64,000 nucleotides of DNA, taken from NCBI GenBank assembly GCA_964016885.1, contig OZ024746.1, positions 71,920,001-71,984,000 of the forward strand. Reading direction: 5' to 3'. The position numbers and the translations under genes were made by a program. Shown one piece after another: positions 27,200-40,699 of this stretch. The first letter of the stretch is position 1; every line of letters starts with the position of its first letter. The notes beneath the pieces were generated by a model. It was given only the letters and a program-made list of their open reading frames with translations. It was not told where the DNA came from and made no database searches. The stretch is from Eledone cirrhosa. Lineage: Eukaryota.

Positions 27200-27240
27200 T
27201 TTGTCTGATGAGGACGTACATCCGAAATATGTATAATAAA
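27200..27240 (+). ncRNA. Minimal type-I hammerhead ribozyme
   Basis: tttgt-CTGATGA-gga-cgtaca-tcc-GAAA-tatgta-TA-ataaa. Confidence 0.82.
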
Positions 27241-28684
27241 ATGTAATTGATCAAAAGAACATCTATTTTATTAATACTTACATTTTAATATTAATAACTC
27301 CTGAAAATTATTTCTCGTTGAGTGCTTCCAATCATCTCGTTGAGTGCTTTGACATAATCATTGAATATTGTTTAACAATTTTAATATTTTAAGGATCGAC
27401 CGACTTTCGTCAAATCGAACCGAGGAAACAATGTTTCCGTTGGTCTTTCCAATTGCTAATACTCTCTATCGGTCGCAACTCCAGGTAGAAGGAGCAACGT
27501 GAAATAAAGTGTCTTGCTCAAGGACATAACCCAACGCCTGGTCCAGGAATCGAACTCACAACCTCAATGTAGGATAACTAGTATACTACAGAGCCGTTAT
27601 ATATATATAAATAGAGAGAGAGAGTTCGGATCTAGCTGTCGAAACGGCCGGAGCACAGCCGTCGGGGTCCTGACTCTTTTCCTATTACCCACTCTAAGTA
27701 TTGTGTACTCTGGTGAGTTATGGTCCACCTGGTTTCTTTGTTATATATTATTTTTTATCATTTATTTTGTTTTGACCCGTTTAGCTTGATTTGGTTTTTG
27801 GCTTGGGTGGTTAATGCCTTCTTGACCACCTTTTCAGTTTTGTATGGCTTCTTAACACATTGTTTAGCTCTGGTTTTTAACTATTGAGCACTTTGCCAGT
27901 ATCATTTCTGATTTTTGCGTTTCGCTTCGCTTTTCCTACTGCGATTCTCGCTGAATCTTTTGTTTCTACTTTTGGCACAAGGCCAGCATTATCTCAGTGC
28001 ATTACTGGTACTTCATTTTATCGACCCCGGTAGGATGAAAGGCAAAGTTAACCTCGGCGGGATTCGAACTCAGAATGGCAAGGGCCGTAACTCTATGCGT
28101 CAAAGCATGGCGTCCGACCCTCTACCGATAATGGTTTCTTATATAGGCACAAGGCCACCAACTTTGGGGGGATGGGGAATGTCGATTACATCGACCCAGT
28201 GCGTGACTGGTACTTTATCGACCACGTAAGGATGAAAGGCCAAGTTAACCTCTGTGGGATTAACTATGCCTTTCATCCTTACGGGGTCGATAAAATAAAG
28301 CAACAGTAATGTACTGGGGTCAATTTAATCGGCTTTCCCCACCCCCCAAAAAAATTATTGGCCTTTCAAACAAGAAAGAATTCAACTGAGTTGTCCGCTA
28401 CCAGCGATAAAATTCGAAAAGGAGAATTATCACGTGATTAGCGTCCTACAAAGGTGGACAATGGCAAGTGAAAAGGCTGCTAAATATAGCAGTCCGGTTC
28501 GGCCAAATTCTTTACTAGACCTTAAGGGAGTAATTAACAAACATATTGAAGATATATACATATAGAGACCGCTGGAGAGAACTCGTCCATGGATCTCGGG
28601 AATTTTACCCACCTTAGATAGATAGATACATATATACACAAGTATTGTACTTTGAATAATGGATTCTTTATATATGTAACAACA

Positions 28685-28722
<38 letters not shown>

Positions 28723-30771
28723 GCATTTTTTTCATGTCTAGTTATTTCATATCAATCATAATAAAGTAGTAAGGCCGCGAAATATATTTTATATTACGAT
28801 GGAACAATTTAAATCTTATTTTATTTTTATTAACTTCAATACTACATCATAATTGATTAATGAACGATTCTGCTATTTAATATTGTTAGTGTTTTATTAT
28901 GATTGCTACAATGTAACTTAGCAGTGCATCCTCTTAAAGGTTTAGTGACAATAGCTTGGGTGGGTGGAATATATAGTGACAATGGCTTGGATTAAGGAAA
29001 TGTGTATGGCAACGATGATTAGGATGAGTGGAATGTATAGTGATGATAGTTTGGATGAGAGGAAGATACCAGTGACCGCAGCTTGGGTGAAGGGAAGGTG
29101 TAGTCAGTCTATAGAACCTTGTGATCTGGAATTATGAACAACTTCTAAAAGTACTTGGCCTGGCAATGCTACAGGAGAGAGGCTTTGTTGTTGATGTTCT
29201 CTACAGACTTGGCCATGTTGGTGCTACTAACTAATCGACTTTGACCGCCATCAGTGCTGAGCAACAAAACCGCCTGACATGTGTTTCATGCATTGTTGAT
29301 TTCTGGGCAGGCGTTATCACATGCTGAATGGCTCTGGCTATCAGTTGAGTCTATCGTAAAGGTAGTTTTTCTCTGCCTGGCAGCCACGGTGCAGGATATT
29401 GTGTGATGAACGAGCAAGCATGCACCTTCCTCTTCAAGAACCTGATGAAGACGAAGGTGAGGGTAGACGGAAAGAGGCAACCTTTCAGTAAATTTCATGA
29501 AAGGTGGGTGTGAGTGCCAAAATTGGTGGAGCTAAATAGACTTATTCTGTAGGTACATGAAAAGAACTGTGAAGGGTAATCCAAGGTTTTACGTGGAGTG
29601 TCACCATATATGGTTTCTCCCCCATTTTGGAGATCTTTTCTTTTGTTTTTCTTTATAGCTATTGTTGATTTGCCCTTTTTTTCCTCAACACAGCTCCCCC
29701 TCCTTTACTGTTTTTGTATTTCCTCCTTATGGATGGCTGTGGTGTGATGGTGTTGAAGTAGAGGTCTGGTGGTGGTGTTGAGATCATTTTCCAATGACAG
29801 TAACAAGGTGTTGGAAATGTCACAGGCACACGGTGAGACAATACAATTAAAAGGTTCTGACTGCTCATAGCAGTATCCATTCACACCACCATCATCACTA
29901 CTACTACTACTACTACTACTAGCACTACTATCACTCCCAAAACCATCATAACACTGCCACCACCACTACCACTATCACAACAACATTGTCTCCACAACAA
30001 TAACAACAGGAACATCAAAGAAGAAGAGGGGCAGGATGTTGCTAGTAAGGTGTCATTCGTTTGAAGGTCAGCAGACTAGATGAGGTGGGGGAGGGGATTT
30101 ACAACATTTAAACGTGATGTATCGTAGAATAATAGATATACACTTTTGTATTTAGAGAGGTAGCAACATCAACACTATTGCCACTGTCATCATAATCAAC
30201 ACAATCTCATAGTGGTTAGTGTGTTGCACTTATAAACATAAAGCCATGGGCTCAATTCCTGAATCAGACAACACATTGTATTCTTGAACAAGCCACTTCA
30301 TTTCCCATTGTTTTTCACGATAGGATTGGGGCCCCAATCATTAAAACTCCTCAGATACAACTTTGTATCTAAACTTGCATAGGTGTAAGCTGTAAATTGC
30401 ATTTTATTTTTCTAATTTTCAATATCATCAACATCATCATCATTGTAGATATTATCACCATTATCATCATCGACATCACCGTTCTCAACATCACCACCTT
30501 TATCATGAATCCCCCCACCACCACCACCACCAAAACCACCACTACCACTGCCATCATCATCATGGGTACTCATTTTCAGCTGAGAGAACCAGAGCATGAA
30601 AGAAAGTGTCTTGATATCGCCCAAAGAGTTGGACAGGGTGGTCATGACAGGAACACATATTGGTCATTGGTCTGCAAAATCATGGCTGACAATGTGCTAA
30701 ACAACAACACAACCAACACCGACAACAACAGGAACAACACCACAAACACATATAAAACAAAATAAATAAAA

Positions 30772-30777
30772 TTTATT
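30772..30777 (-). promoter_or_regulatory. Candidate polyadenylation signal AATAAA of TRMT5
   Basis: tttatt on the plus strand, about 130 nt downstream of the stop codon. Confidence 0.5.
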
Positions 30778-30904
30778 TTCATCTCATTCACTGTCAAGTA
30801 GTATACATTGTGAGCAGTGGGGGCTATTAATGAGGCTCCTTGTTGGCCCTATTCTGTGCTGATGAGAGGTGAATCACTGTTGATAACAGTGAAATATAGG
30901 ATCG

Positions 30905-30996
30905 TCATTTGGGTTCTGAGCAGTGAAGCTGTTGTTTGTGAGATCCAATCTCTGCAATTTCTTCAACACGTCGCCTTTTAGTCTCAGGTTGGGAAT
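30905..30996 (-). CDS. TRMT5: TRMT5 coding exon 5 (last); not shown in this frame in the ORF track
   Basis: tttcag acceptor; the phase-1 join gives DSQPETKRRRVEEIAEIGSHKQQLHCSEPK*. The basic KRRR patch resembles the C-terminal basic motif of vertebrate TRMT5. Confidence 0.72.
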
Positions 30997-31148
30997 CTGA
31001 AATATATATATATGTGTGAAGTATATGAAACATAGAAAATTTATGATATATATGAAATATATGAAATGCATGATATAAATGAAATGTATTATATATATAA
31101 AATATATGAAATTTATGATATACATAAAATATGATATATATATAAATA

Positions 31149-32397
31149 CTAGCAGTTTAGCCCGGCGTTGCTCGGGTTTGTTCATTTGCTATGAAAAGTT
31201 ACATACAGGTAAACGTGGCTTGAAAGTGAATAAGCTTATCAATTAAGTGCATAAAGCAGTTGAAACGGTTATTAAAAGTTACGAACCAATTAGCATTTTG
31301 GACAATCAATGATGGGTTAATAATCTTCCAATAGCGAATTTAGAAGACCAAAGTTGCAAGATGGTGGCCCTGATGCCGCTGGGTGACCCTACCGGGAAAT
31401 AGTTTTCCAAATGGCATAGCTCCAACACCTCCAACATCTATAGCACCTCTTTGTAGACGATATTGCGTGTCATCCCTTGAGGAGTGTAAGCAAAAAGTCC
31501 ATTCCTGCTCCTTACGCGGGAACAGGCAACATAAAGTTGGCCATGGGAGAAGCATGGCTCCCCCAAATGGATGCCCGCCACCAACAATGTTTGCCCTTGT
31601 GACTTGTTAATGGACATGGCAAAACATGGTCTCACCGGGAATTGGGATATCTGATGCCGAGGGGAAAAGGTTCATCCTTGGCAGTGTATTCGGCAGAATT
31701 GCCAGAAGTACAACACTATGGGTGTTGTCATATTAATATTTAACCAATGAAAGTCGTAAAAAATAAATAATTTAAACATTCCAATTCATATGTCTATACT
31801 ATAGTATTAATCTGTTATATGAAGTGTTATTTTGCGGGTTGTTATTTGCAATAAGCCGATTTAAAATACCCCAGAAAAGCCGTATGTCAATACGGAACTC
31901 CAATGACTCCCCCAGCAGTTAAATTATAGAGAGGGGGAATAATCTATTATAGAGAGAGGGAAGAGCGATGGAGAGAGTAAAGCTAAGAAACTATAGGGAG
32001 ATGTGATAAACCTCAAAGCATGAAGAGAGTAAAGCAGTTAAATTATAGAGAGGGGGAATGATCTATTATAGAGAGAGGGAAGAGACGGAGAGAGTGTTAT
32101 GACTATGTTTGTTGTATAAAATGATGTGTTGCTTAGTTTTCAAAGTTTTGTCGTTGATGGGTAGTAGAAAGAGGGAATAAGTGTGTAAGAGAGAGGGTTA
32201 CAGCATGTATTTAGTTTTATCGATTTTTTTCATAGAAGCAGGAAATTTTTGGCAAAGTTTATTACGTGTTGACCATCGTTGGTAAATTTGGAGCACATTG
32301 GAAAAGAAATCATCAAAATCGGTAGAGAAATGTGGAAATGCATAAAAATCATACACACACACACAGACAGACATCTTCCGTTTTATATATATAGAGA
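31149..32397 (-). mobile_element. Non-autonomous Helitron retaining a PIF1-helicase C-terminal fragment
   Basis: 5' A|TCTCTATATATATAAAA; 3' hairpin cccgagcaacgccggg plus CTAG|T; 31438-31635 encodes FAMSINKSQGQTL...FSHGQLYVACSRV. Confidence 0.88.
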
Positions 32398-32403
32398 TAA
32401 CTT

Positions 32404-32446
<43 letters not shown>

Positions 32447-32447
<1 letters not shown>

Positions 32448-32671
32448 GACTTCTACAGGACAAGAACTATTTCATTTATATGAAAACATTCTGATGATTT
32501 CATAAGAATAAAACAGTTCTAGGTCTGGGACATTCCTGATGATTTCCTACAAATGAAACAGTTCTAGTCATGTAGAAGTCATTTCTATATATATAATAAA
32601 TACTCTACCAATGTATTGAGTACTTTTTTATTTTAACTGTGGTTACCTCCTGATACAACTCAGGAATCTAC
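32447..32671 (+). mobile_element. Hammerhead-derived hairpin element within (TA)n, with a duplicated core
   Basis: CTGATGA at 32491 and 32536; the second is followed by tttcctacaaat-GAAA-cagttctag-TC. The tail is homologous to 25086-25170. Confidence 0.65.
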
Positions 32672-33189
32672 GCATATATGTATATATATATCATCATCAT
32701 CATTTTAACATCCACATGACCAAGTCGGTACTGAAGCAGTGCCACTGATCTCCCAGGTAGGTGTCTCACTTTGTGTATGATCGACACTCCGCCAAGTGCA
32801 CAGGAGAAGTTGTCATGTCCTTGACACAACTGGAGGTCCTTCCAACCCTTTGTTTGGTAAGCTTTCTGCAGCTGGATGCCCTTTCTATCACCAACCACTT
32901 TACAGTGTGTACTGGGTCCGTTTATCATGTAGATCACCAAACACTAGGGAGGCTGTCATGTCCTTGATACAACTGAAGGGTTATCCCAACCCTTTTTTGT
33001 TTAGCCCTCCACGACTGAATGCCCTTCCCATCACCAGCCCCTTCACAGGAAGGGGTGGCAGCTGCTAGGATTGAGGTGGGGGTACATGTGAAATGGGGTT
33101 GATGTAGTGATGTTCAGGATAACTGTTGGGGAGTGGTAGTGGAGGCAGGGGGGAGAGGGGCATGAAGGGAAGTCAGGTTACATTGTATG

Positions 33190-33965
33190 CTGGAGGTCGG
33201 GTCTTCCTCAGCACTGCATAGCGCCAGACCTTGTGGTCTTTAGTCAATTCTGTTATTAGGTTTAGTTTTTTTAAGGTCGGTTTTCAAAACCTCAACCTAT
33301 GTCTTCCTGGGTCTGCCTTTTCCATGGATCCCAGCCACTAGGGTTTCTCTGCATTTCTTTATGCGGCTGGTCTCTTCCATGTGCATCACATGTCCATACC
33401 AACACAGTCTAAGGACTAGATTGTCAGCATATAGGACCTCACATGGAGTGCTAATTTTAAACTCCTCAGTGCTGGCCTGAAGCATAATGATAAACAGGAG
33501 TGGACTGAGGACTGATCCCTGGGGGGACCCCCACACACACTTCAAATTCATCATCGTACTCTGCTGCTTGCTCCTTTATACATGGCTTGTATGGCTCTCA
33601 CAAGCCATTCATCTTAGCTTCCTAAAGCCCACCAGATTATAGAGTGTGGGATCCTGTCAAAGGCCTTCTCCAGACCAACAAATGCTAGATAGAGTGGCTT
33701 ACTCTTAGCTAAATACCTCTCCTGTAGTTTTTGCACCAGAAAAAGGGCATCAGTAGTACCTTACTTTGCATAAATCTGAACAACTCATCAAATCTGATTC
33801 TGTCCGTAATTAGCTGTACTATAACCCTTTCAGTAACTTTCATGACTTAGTCCGGTCCATCAACTTGATTCTTCTATAGTTACTTCTCTTTAGTGCATCC
33901 CCTTTGCCTTTGTAGCAATTTACAATAACACTGCTGTGCCAATCACTGGGTATGACATTATCCTG
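33190..33965 (-). mobile_element. Internally deleted RTE-clade LINE (RT fragments)
   Basis: IPSDW..SVIV..YKGKGD...NYR.IKL, PQGSVLSPLLF, LYADNLV, RLCWYGHV, GKGRPRKT. Confidence 0.85.
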
Positions 33966-34815
33966 TACTATATATATATCATCATCATCACCATTTAAGG
34001 TCCATTTTTCCACGCTGGCAAAGTTAGACAAGTTATCCTGTTGTGAGCAATGCTAGGTCAAGTGCTCATACAGAACCAATTTTGGCTTGGTGTCTACAGC
34101 TGGATGCTCTTCCTAGCGGCAACCTCATTTACAGTGAGTACTGGGTGCTTTTTGCCATGACACCTACATGACTGACCACTTTACATATATATCCTCATCA
34201 TTTTACATATGCTTGGGCGGGGAATTGGCAGTATCGGTAGAGAGGCGGACGCCATGCTTTCTAGCATAGTTACGTCCCTTTACAGTCTGAGTTCAAATCC
34301 CGCCGAGGTTAACTTTGCCTTTCATCCTTACGGGGTCGATAAAATAAAGTACCAGTAATGTACTGGGTGATTGCTGGCCTTGTGCCTAAAGTAGAAACAA
34401 TTTTACATATGCTTTTCGATACTTCCATTAATTATATATTTTATGTAAATTATGTAAAGCTTGCCAAAGGGTTTGGAGGACCCTTCAGTTGTGTCACGAA
34501 TATGACAAACCCCTAGTGCTGGTGATCTATATGAGAAATGCACCCAGTACATGCTATAAATTGGTTGGTGTTTAAGAAGGGCATCCAGCTGTAGGAAGTT
34601 TGTCAAACAAGAGGTTGGGAGGACCCTTCAGTTTGTGTCAAAAGACACGATAACTTCTCCTGTGCTCTCAACAGAACGTATAACCATATGTAAGCAAGAT
34701 ACAGACCCATCGACTTATCCGGGAAATCAGTAGCCCAGTTTCAGTACTGACTTGGTTTATATAGATTCATCCAATCCTTGCTAGCAGGGAAAGCAGACGT
34801 TAAACAACAATGATG

Positions 34816-34872
<57 letters not shown>

Positions 34873-34960
34873 TCCAACCCATGCAAGCATGGAAAAACAG
34901 ATGTAAAAACAATGATGATGATGATGTATAACAATATATATATATATATATATATGTGTA

Positions 34961-35140
34961 TGAGAAAGTATGACCCCAATGGCAGAGCTCAAGCCGTTTC
35001 GACGGCTATTTAGTCCAGAAATAGCCGTCGAAACAGCTTGAGCTCTGCCGTCGGGGTCATACTTTCTCCTATTACTCACTCTACTACCCTAAGTATTGAG
35101 TACTCTGGTGCATCTGGTTCCTTACCACAACTCCTCTGTT
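34961..35140 (+). mobile_element. Fold-back half-hammerhead element within (TA)n
   Basis: Homologous to 16521-16720. Confidence 0.85.
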
Positions 35141-35679
35141 ATATATATATATATACATATATACATAAATCTTGTTAGAAGAGAAAACAGACATTAAATG
35201 ATGATATATACAAATGTATATATATAATTGTTTCTATTTTAGGCACAAGGCCAGCAATTATCCAGTACATTACTGGTACTTTATTTTATCGACCCCGTAA
35301 GGATGAAAGGCAAAGTTAACCTCGGCAGGATTTGAACTCAGATCGTAAAGGGACGTAACTATGCTGGAAAGCATGTCCGACCCTCTACCGATACTACCAA
35401 TTCACCGCCCTTATGTGTAATCCTCATCCTCATCATGTATGTACACGTGTGTGTGTATGCATTGCGCATGTCAATGTGTATGGTGTTATGAACAGAACAC
35501 ACAAATGTTGGCAACACCATAAATATTTATTATGTCTCTCAGCAATGTAGAATTGATACAAGCAACTACTATCACACACTATCTCACTCCACTAACACCC
35601 TATATGTGAGTGTGTGTTTGCATATATACATTCAACCATGTGTATATAATGTGTGTGTTACTATATATATATGAACAAT

Positions 35680-35845
35680 TCAGAACCCTGGCAGCTGATC
35701 TCCAGCCGTTTCAACAGCTAGCTGTTGAAACGGCCAACACTCAGCTGTTGGGGTCCCAAATTTTTCATATACCCACTCTACTTCCCCAAGTATCGAGTAC
35801 ACTGGTAAGTAATGTTTTAACTGGTTTTTGTCACCTCCATTCTGA
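35680..35845 (+). mobile_element. Diverged fold-back half-hammerhead element
   Basis: Hairpin centred on cagctagctg; tail nearly identical to 1071-1160. Confidence 0.7.
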
Positions 35846-36207
35846 TATATATATATATATATATATATATTGTGAAAAGAAGAAAGATGGTATCACATAT
35901 TCATCATCATTTTATTCAATTACATCCGATACTTTACACCTAACACGTTATGGCATACATGATGTTGAGTGCTTCTGTCTGATTATACCATTATTATTTG
36001 ATTGATTGAAGCAACCATCACTAATTATCATAATAAATAAATATATATATATATACTTTCATTTATATATATATATATATATATATATTAAAACAACAAC
36101 AGAAGGCCGGGCAGGAAAATTTACTTTAGAATTTTCATTCCATAAAGGCACTATACATACTTTGATGGCCCAGCCATATCATTTGATTATGATGGAAGAC
36201 TAGACTA

Positions 36208-36540
36208 TTTCATCAGGTGTTATTTGCGAAATTATATAACAGGATTACGTTGAACACAAACAGAGAATAGAAAATAGAGGATTGATTCAGGGACAACCTG
36301 CCATTCGGGGACCGTCTGCTATGTCTATAACACTGGTTTTGGCAGGCTGTCTCCAAATCAATTCAGCCCTCTATTTTCTATTCTGTTTGTGTTCAACATA
36401 ATCCTGTTTATAATTCCATAAATAACACCTGATGAAATCACCCAGTCTTGCACCATGATCGGATGATACAACTGGGCCATAAAAATATGTATAGTGCTTT
36501 CGCAGAATTAAAATTCTAAAATAAATTTTCCTGTCCTGCC
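36208..36540 (+). mobile_element. Palindromic element with a degenerate hammerhead
   Basis: 36208-36300 is inverted against 36345-36437; cac-CTGATGA(36429)...AAAA-tatgta-TA-gtg. Confidence 0.65.
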
Positions 36541-39132
36541 AAGGTATACCATATCTACAATGGATGATTTTCATAATGCTGAGTGCTTTAAGTTGTTGTA
36601 TCATCATTTACCAACCCGAACCACCAGTTCTACCCATTGGTAAAGAACATAAATGGTATGTATATATATATATAATTTCCATCACAAGGCAAGTGTCAAC
36701 CCAAGACACTTGTCCAAGTTGCCACAGGGTGAAACTGAACGGATAACCCTTTAACCATACAACCACACCTGTGCTTATATTTCACTCAGCTCATCTATGC
36801 TGTTATTTGTACATACTTGTTATATAACAATCAATGCAAATATAATTCATATTTTTCAAGGCTTTACACAGCCTCCATACATATCTTACTATCTTGCAAC
36901 ATTGAACTTCCCACACAATCATCATACACTGCCTAGCCCTGAAAACTGATCACTGATCTCAATCAGGCAAATGACTAAAAGCTGAAACAGTGACAGTCTT
37001 ATATGCAAGAAGATACACAGCCCATGTCACATTACCATACAACACCACACTACATACATAGACATTGTATACTGCCCATACCAACACTACCATACATACA
37101 TAGGTATCATACAATTTAACTTTATACAGACCCCACATTCAACAGCAAACATTTAATTTCCCTACCAAAGCAGGGATTAAGTTTGTGGGCCCTGTGACAA
37201 GCATCATACTCATCTTGGGACCACTTCTGAAGCAATGTTTTACAGTTTTATGCTCTTCCTAGTGCCAACCCTTTTAGTAACTTCTAACAATATGCAGGAA
37301 TACAGTTACCTACTTTAAGCTGAAAACACACAGTGAATCTTTTACTGCTAACTACTCCAATCCATCTGCTTCTTTGTCAGCCTGTCTGTGATCACGCTAT
37401 ATCTTGTGTGTACTCATAGTTTACAGTGGGTACACAACATAGAATTCCTACCTACCTTTTCTGCATAACAAACAGGGCCATGTCCCAGATGGCATAATAC
37501 AAGAGAGTGGAATGTAGGGTGATGGAATGCAACGAAGTGGAGTGTATGATGATAGAATACAACTGAATGAAGTGTAGGGTGTGGGAGAGGAATGCAAGAG
37601 AGGAGAGTATAGGTTTGTAAGGGAGAGGGAACTGCAGAGTGGAGTGTCGGATGACAGTGAGAAGGGCAGCAAAGTAGAGTGCAGGATGGTGGAATGCAAC
37701 AGAGTGGAGTGTATGATGATGGAGAGGAGGAAGGATTAGAGGTCATGCTGACCTTTACGGAGAGATGTTAAACCACACACAGTTTGTTTGACATGAGAAA
37801 GATTAGATAGAGAGACAATGAGAGAGAGAGAGAGAGAGTGACTGACTGACACAATAAACTGTATAAGGGATGGTAGGCAGCTGGTGTACATATACATATA
37901 TAGCAGAGAAAATGGATGCAAAATGATGATGATATGTGTGTGTGTGTATAATTTTATATATATAGAGAGAGACTTGAATAGAAGACTGTAAAGGATAGAA
38001 AACAGCTGGAAAACACACACACTCATATAAATATATATATGTATATATATTTAATTTATATACTAGAGAGAGACTTGTGCGATAGATTGTGTAAGGGATG
38101 GTAGTCAGCTGGAGTACTGACTGATTGACTGATCTAGATATGTCCTACATACACACACAAGACATGTTTACATACATACACACACACACATACACAGATA
38201 TATATATATATATATATATAAATTTACTCAAACAACATGAACAAGCATATTAATCCTTTTGTAACCAGCTTATTTATGAGATTCACTGCCTGGGATTTTC
38301 TAATCATTTTGAAAATAGTCAAGAATTTGATTAATATAACAAGCATTCTCATTATTGAGTTGGTGTTTGAAACATATCAAAGTTCTTACATAAAATTGTG
38401 ATGGAAGAATTTTTGATAAATATAAACAATTTATAATAAACAGTTTTGTATTGCAGAAACAGTCAGTTTAAGGCAGTTTGGTGTCAAAAGGATTTAGAGG
38501 ATTCTTTTTGGTGCAATAAATTATAGCTGTGATTCCTACAACCTTTAGGTTGCTACTTATGACATGCCAAGGTACTGTGTACCTAGTCTAAACAATCAAT
38601 ACATCCAACCTTTGCTATCTGGGGAGGCAGACATTAAATACTAATGATGATTATATCATCATCATCATCACTGTCTAACATCTATTTTTCCTTCCATGCT
38701 TGCATGGGTTAGCTGGGTCATCCACATTATAGGACAAGTCTGACCAGCTGGCTGTGCTATACCTTGCTCAAATGGAACTGTATTTTGGTTGGGATTTTTA
38801 CAGTTGGATGCCCTTCCTAACACAAACCACATTTATGCATGTATATATGGCTTAGTGGTTAGCACATTCGGCTTGCAATCGTGATTTTGTGAATTTGATT
38901 CTCAGACCAGGTGATGCATTGTGTCCTTGAGCAAGACACTTTATTTCACGTTGCTCCAACTGTAGAAATGAGATTTGACATCAGTGGTGTGGACAGGGGA
39001 GATTTGTATAAATGGGCGACTGTTGGTCTTCCACAAACAACCTTTCCCAGACTTGTGACTCAGAGGGGAACTTTCTAAATGTAAATCCCATGGTCATCAG
39101 TGACCAAAAAAGGTCTTTACCAACTCTCTCTC

Positions 39133-39212
<80 letters not shown>

Positions 39213-39213
39213 C

Positions 39214-39253
<40 letters not shown>

Positions 39254-40699
39254 TCATCATCATTTTACGTCCGCTTTTCCATGCTTGCACGGGTGGGACG
39301 GGAACTGATTCTGGCATGATTTCTACAGCTGGATGCCCTTCCTAACACCAACCTCATTTACAGTGAGTGCTGGGTGCTTTTTTGCCGTGGCACCTCCACG
39401 ACCACTTTGCAGTGGAATGATAGAGACCCCAGTCCCTATCATCTCATTTCTACAGCTGAGTAAACTGGAGCAATGTGAAATAAAGTCTCTTGCTCAAGGA
39501 AACAACAAATCACCGGTCTGAGAATTGAACTCACAACCTTTCGATTGCAAGTCCAATGCTCTAACCACTAAGCCATATGCCTCCATATATGTATATAGTT
39601 CTGGTGTCACAAAACAACACCACCCATACACCCTAAGGTAGTTTGCAATAAGAAGAGCATCATGCTGTAGAAACCATGCCAAAAAAGGGCCAAGATGATT
39701 CTTCAGTTGTGTCGAGGGTATCCAACTGTAGAAAATCTGTATAACAAAGTATCAGGAGAAGAAGCTCCCTGGTGCTGGTGTCATGATAAAATGCACTCTG
39801 TTAAGTGCAGAAATACATTTAAGCAAAATATGGCCCCCAACCAATCTGAACACTTTATAGAGTGCAGGAACATATGTAAGCAAGATACAGTTCCCCAACA
39901 ATCTGAGAGATTAGTAGCTCTGCTTGAGTACTGACTCCATCTGTAACAACCTGCTTGACCCTTGCTAGCAATGAAAACAAGTATTAAATGAGGATGATGA
40001 TATATATCATTACCTTCATCGTTTAAGTTCCATTCTTCCATGCTAACATGTGTTGGACGTGTTATCAAGTCAGTACTTAATCAGAGCTACAGAGCTCTCA
40101 GACAGGCAGAAAGCCCACATCTCACTTATATATGTTCCAGCACTTTACAGAGTGCACTGGCTGCATTTTATCATCATTGTTATCACCCTTTTCAATACAT
40201 ACATGCATGGATTAGACAGGTTGTCATGTTCTGAGGCTAGACAAGTCAGGTGACCGCATTTATCTCATGCATTTCATTTTGAGGCATACCCTTGCTAGCA
40301 AGGGAAGCAGACATTAAATCGATAATGATGATGCTGATGGTTTCTAATGGTAACCATTTAACAGAGTGTACTTGGATCTAATTGTGCCAGCATTACCACA
40401 TTACAGTGTGGATTGGGAGCATTTTATGGCACCAACACTACTACTTTACAAAATGAGCTGGGTACATTTTTTATGCCACCAACAATAACCCATCACAACA
40501 CTAGGGAGATAGTGTTGTAACAGCATACATGATTTACCATTCATGTCACATTGTTTACCATTTCGTCCCACTCATGTGAGAAGGGGAGTCTTCTGTACTC
40601 AACACACATATATATATGAATATACACACATTCATACCAAATCCAAAGGGACCATAGCTTCTGCAGTTGTTATTGTTAAGTCTTCAGTTTAACACTCAC

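Larger units (their letters stand above)
26984..27290. repeat. Long inverted repeat (about 150-bp arms, centre 27141) with a hammerhead on each arm
   Basis: The arms are reverse complements, with an 8-nt indel in stem II. Confidence 0.95.

Noticed and set aside
29441-29480. CTGATGA...GAAA motif; similar isolated CTGATGA at about 233, 9325 and 21495
   Set aside because: There are no flanking helices or UH site in register, and some lie inside transposase or LINE coding remnants.
30874-31185. 103-aa ORF in the track overlapping the last TRMT5 exon
   Set aside because: Wrong frame. The phase-1 donor of exon 4 selects the DSQPETKRRR frame, and the ORF's 5' part is intron or Helitron sequence.
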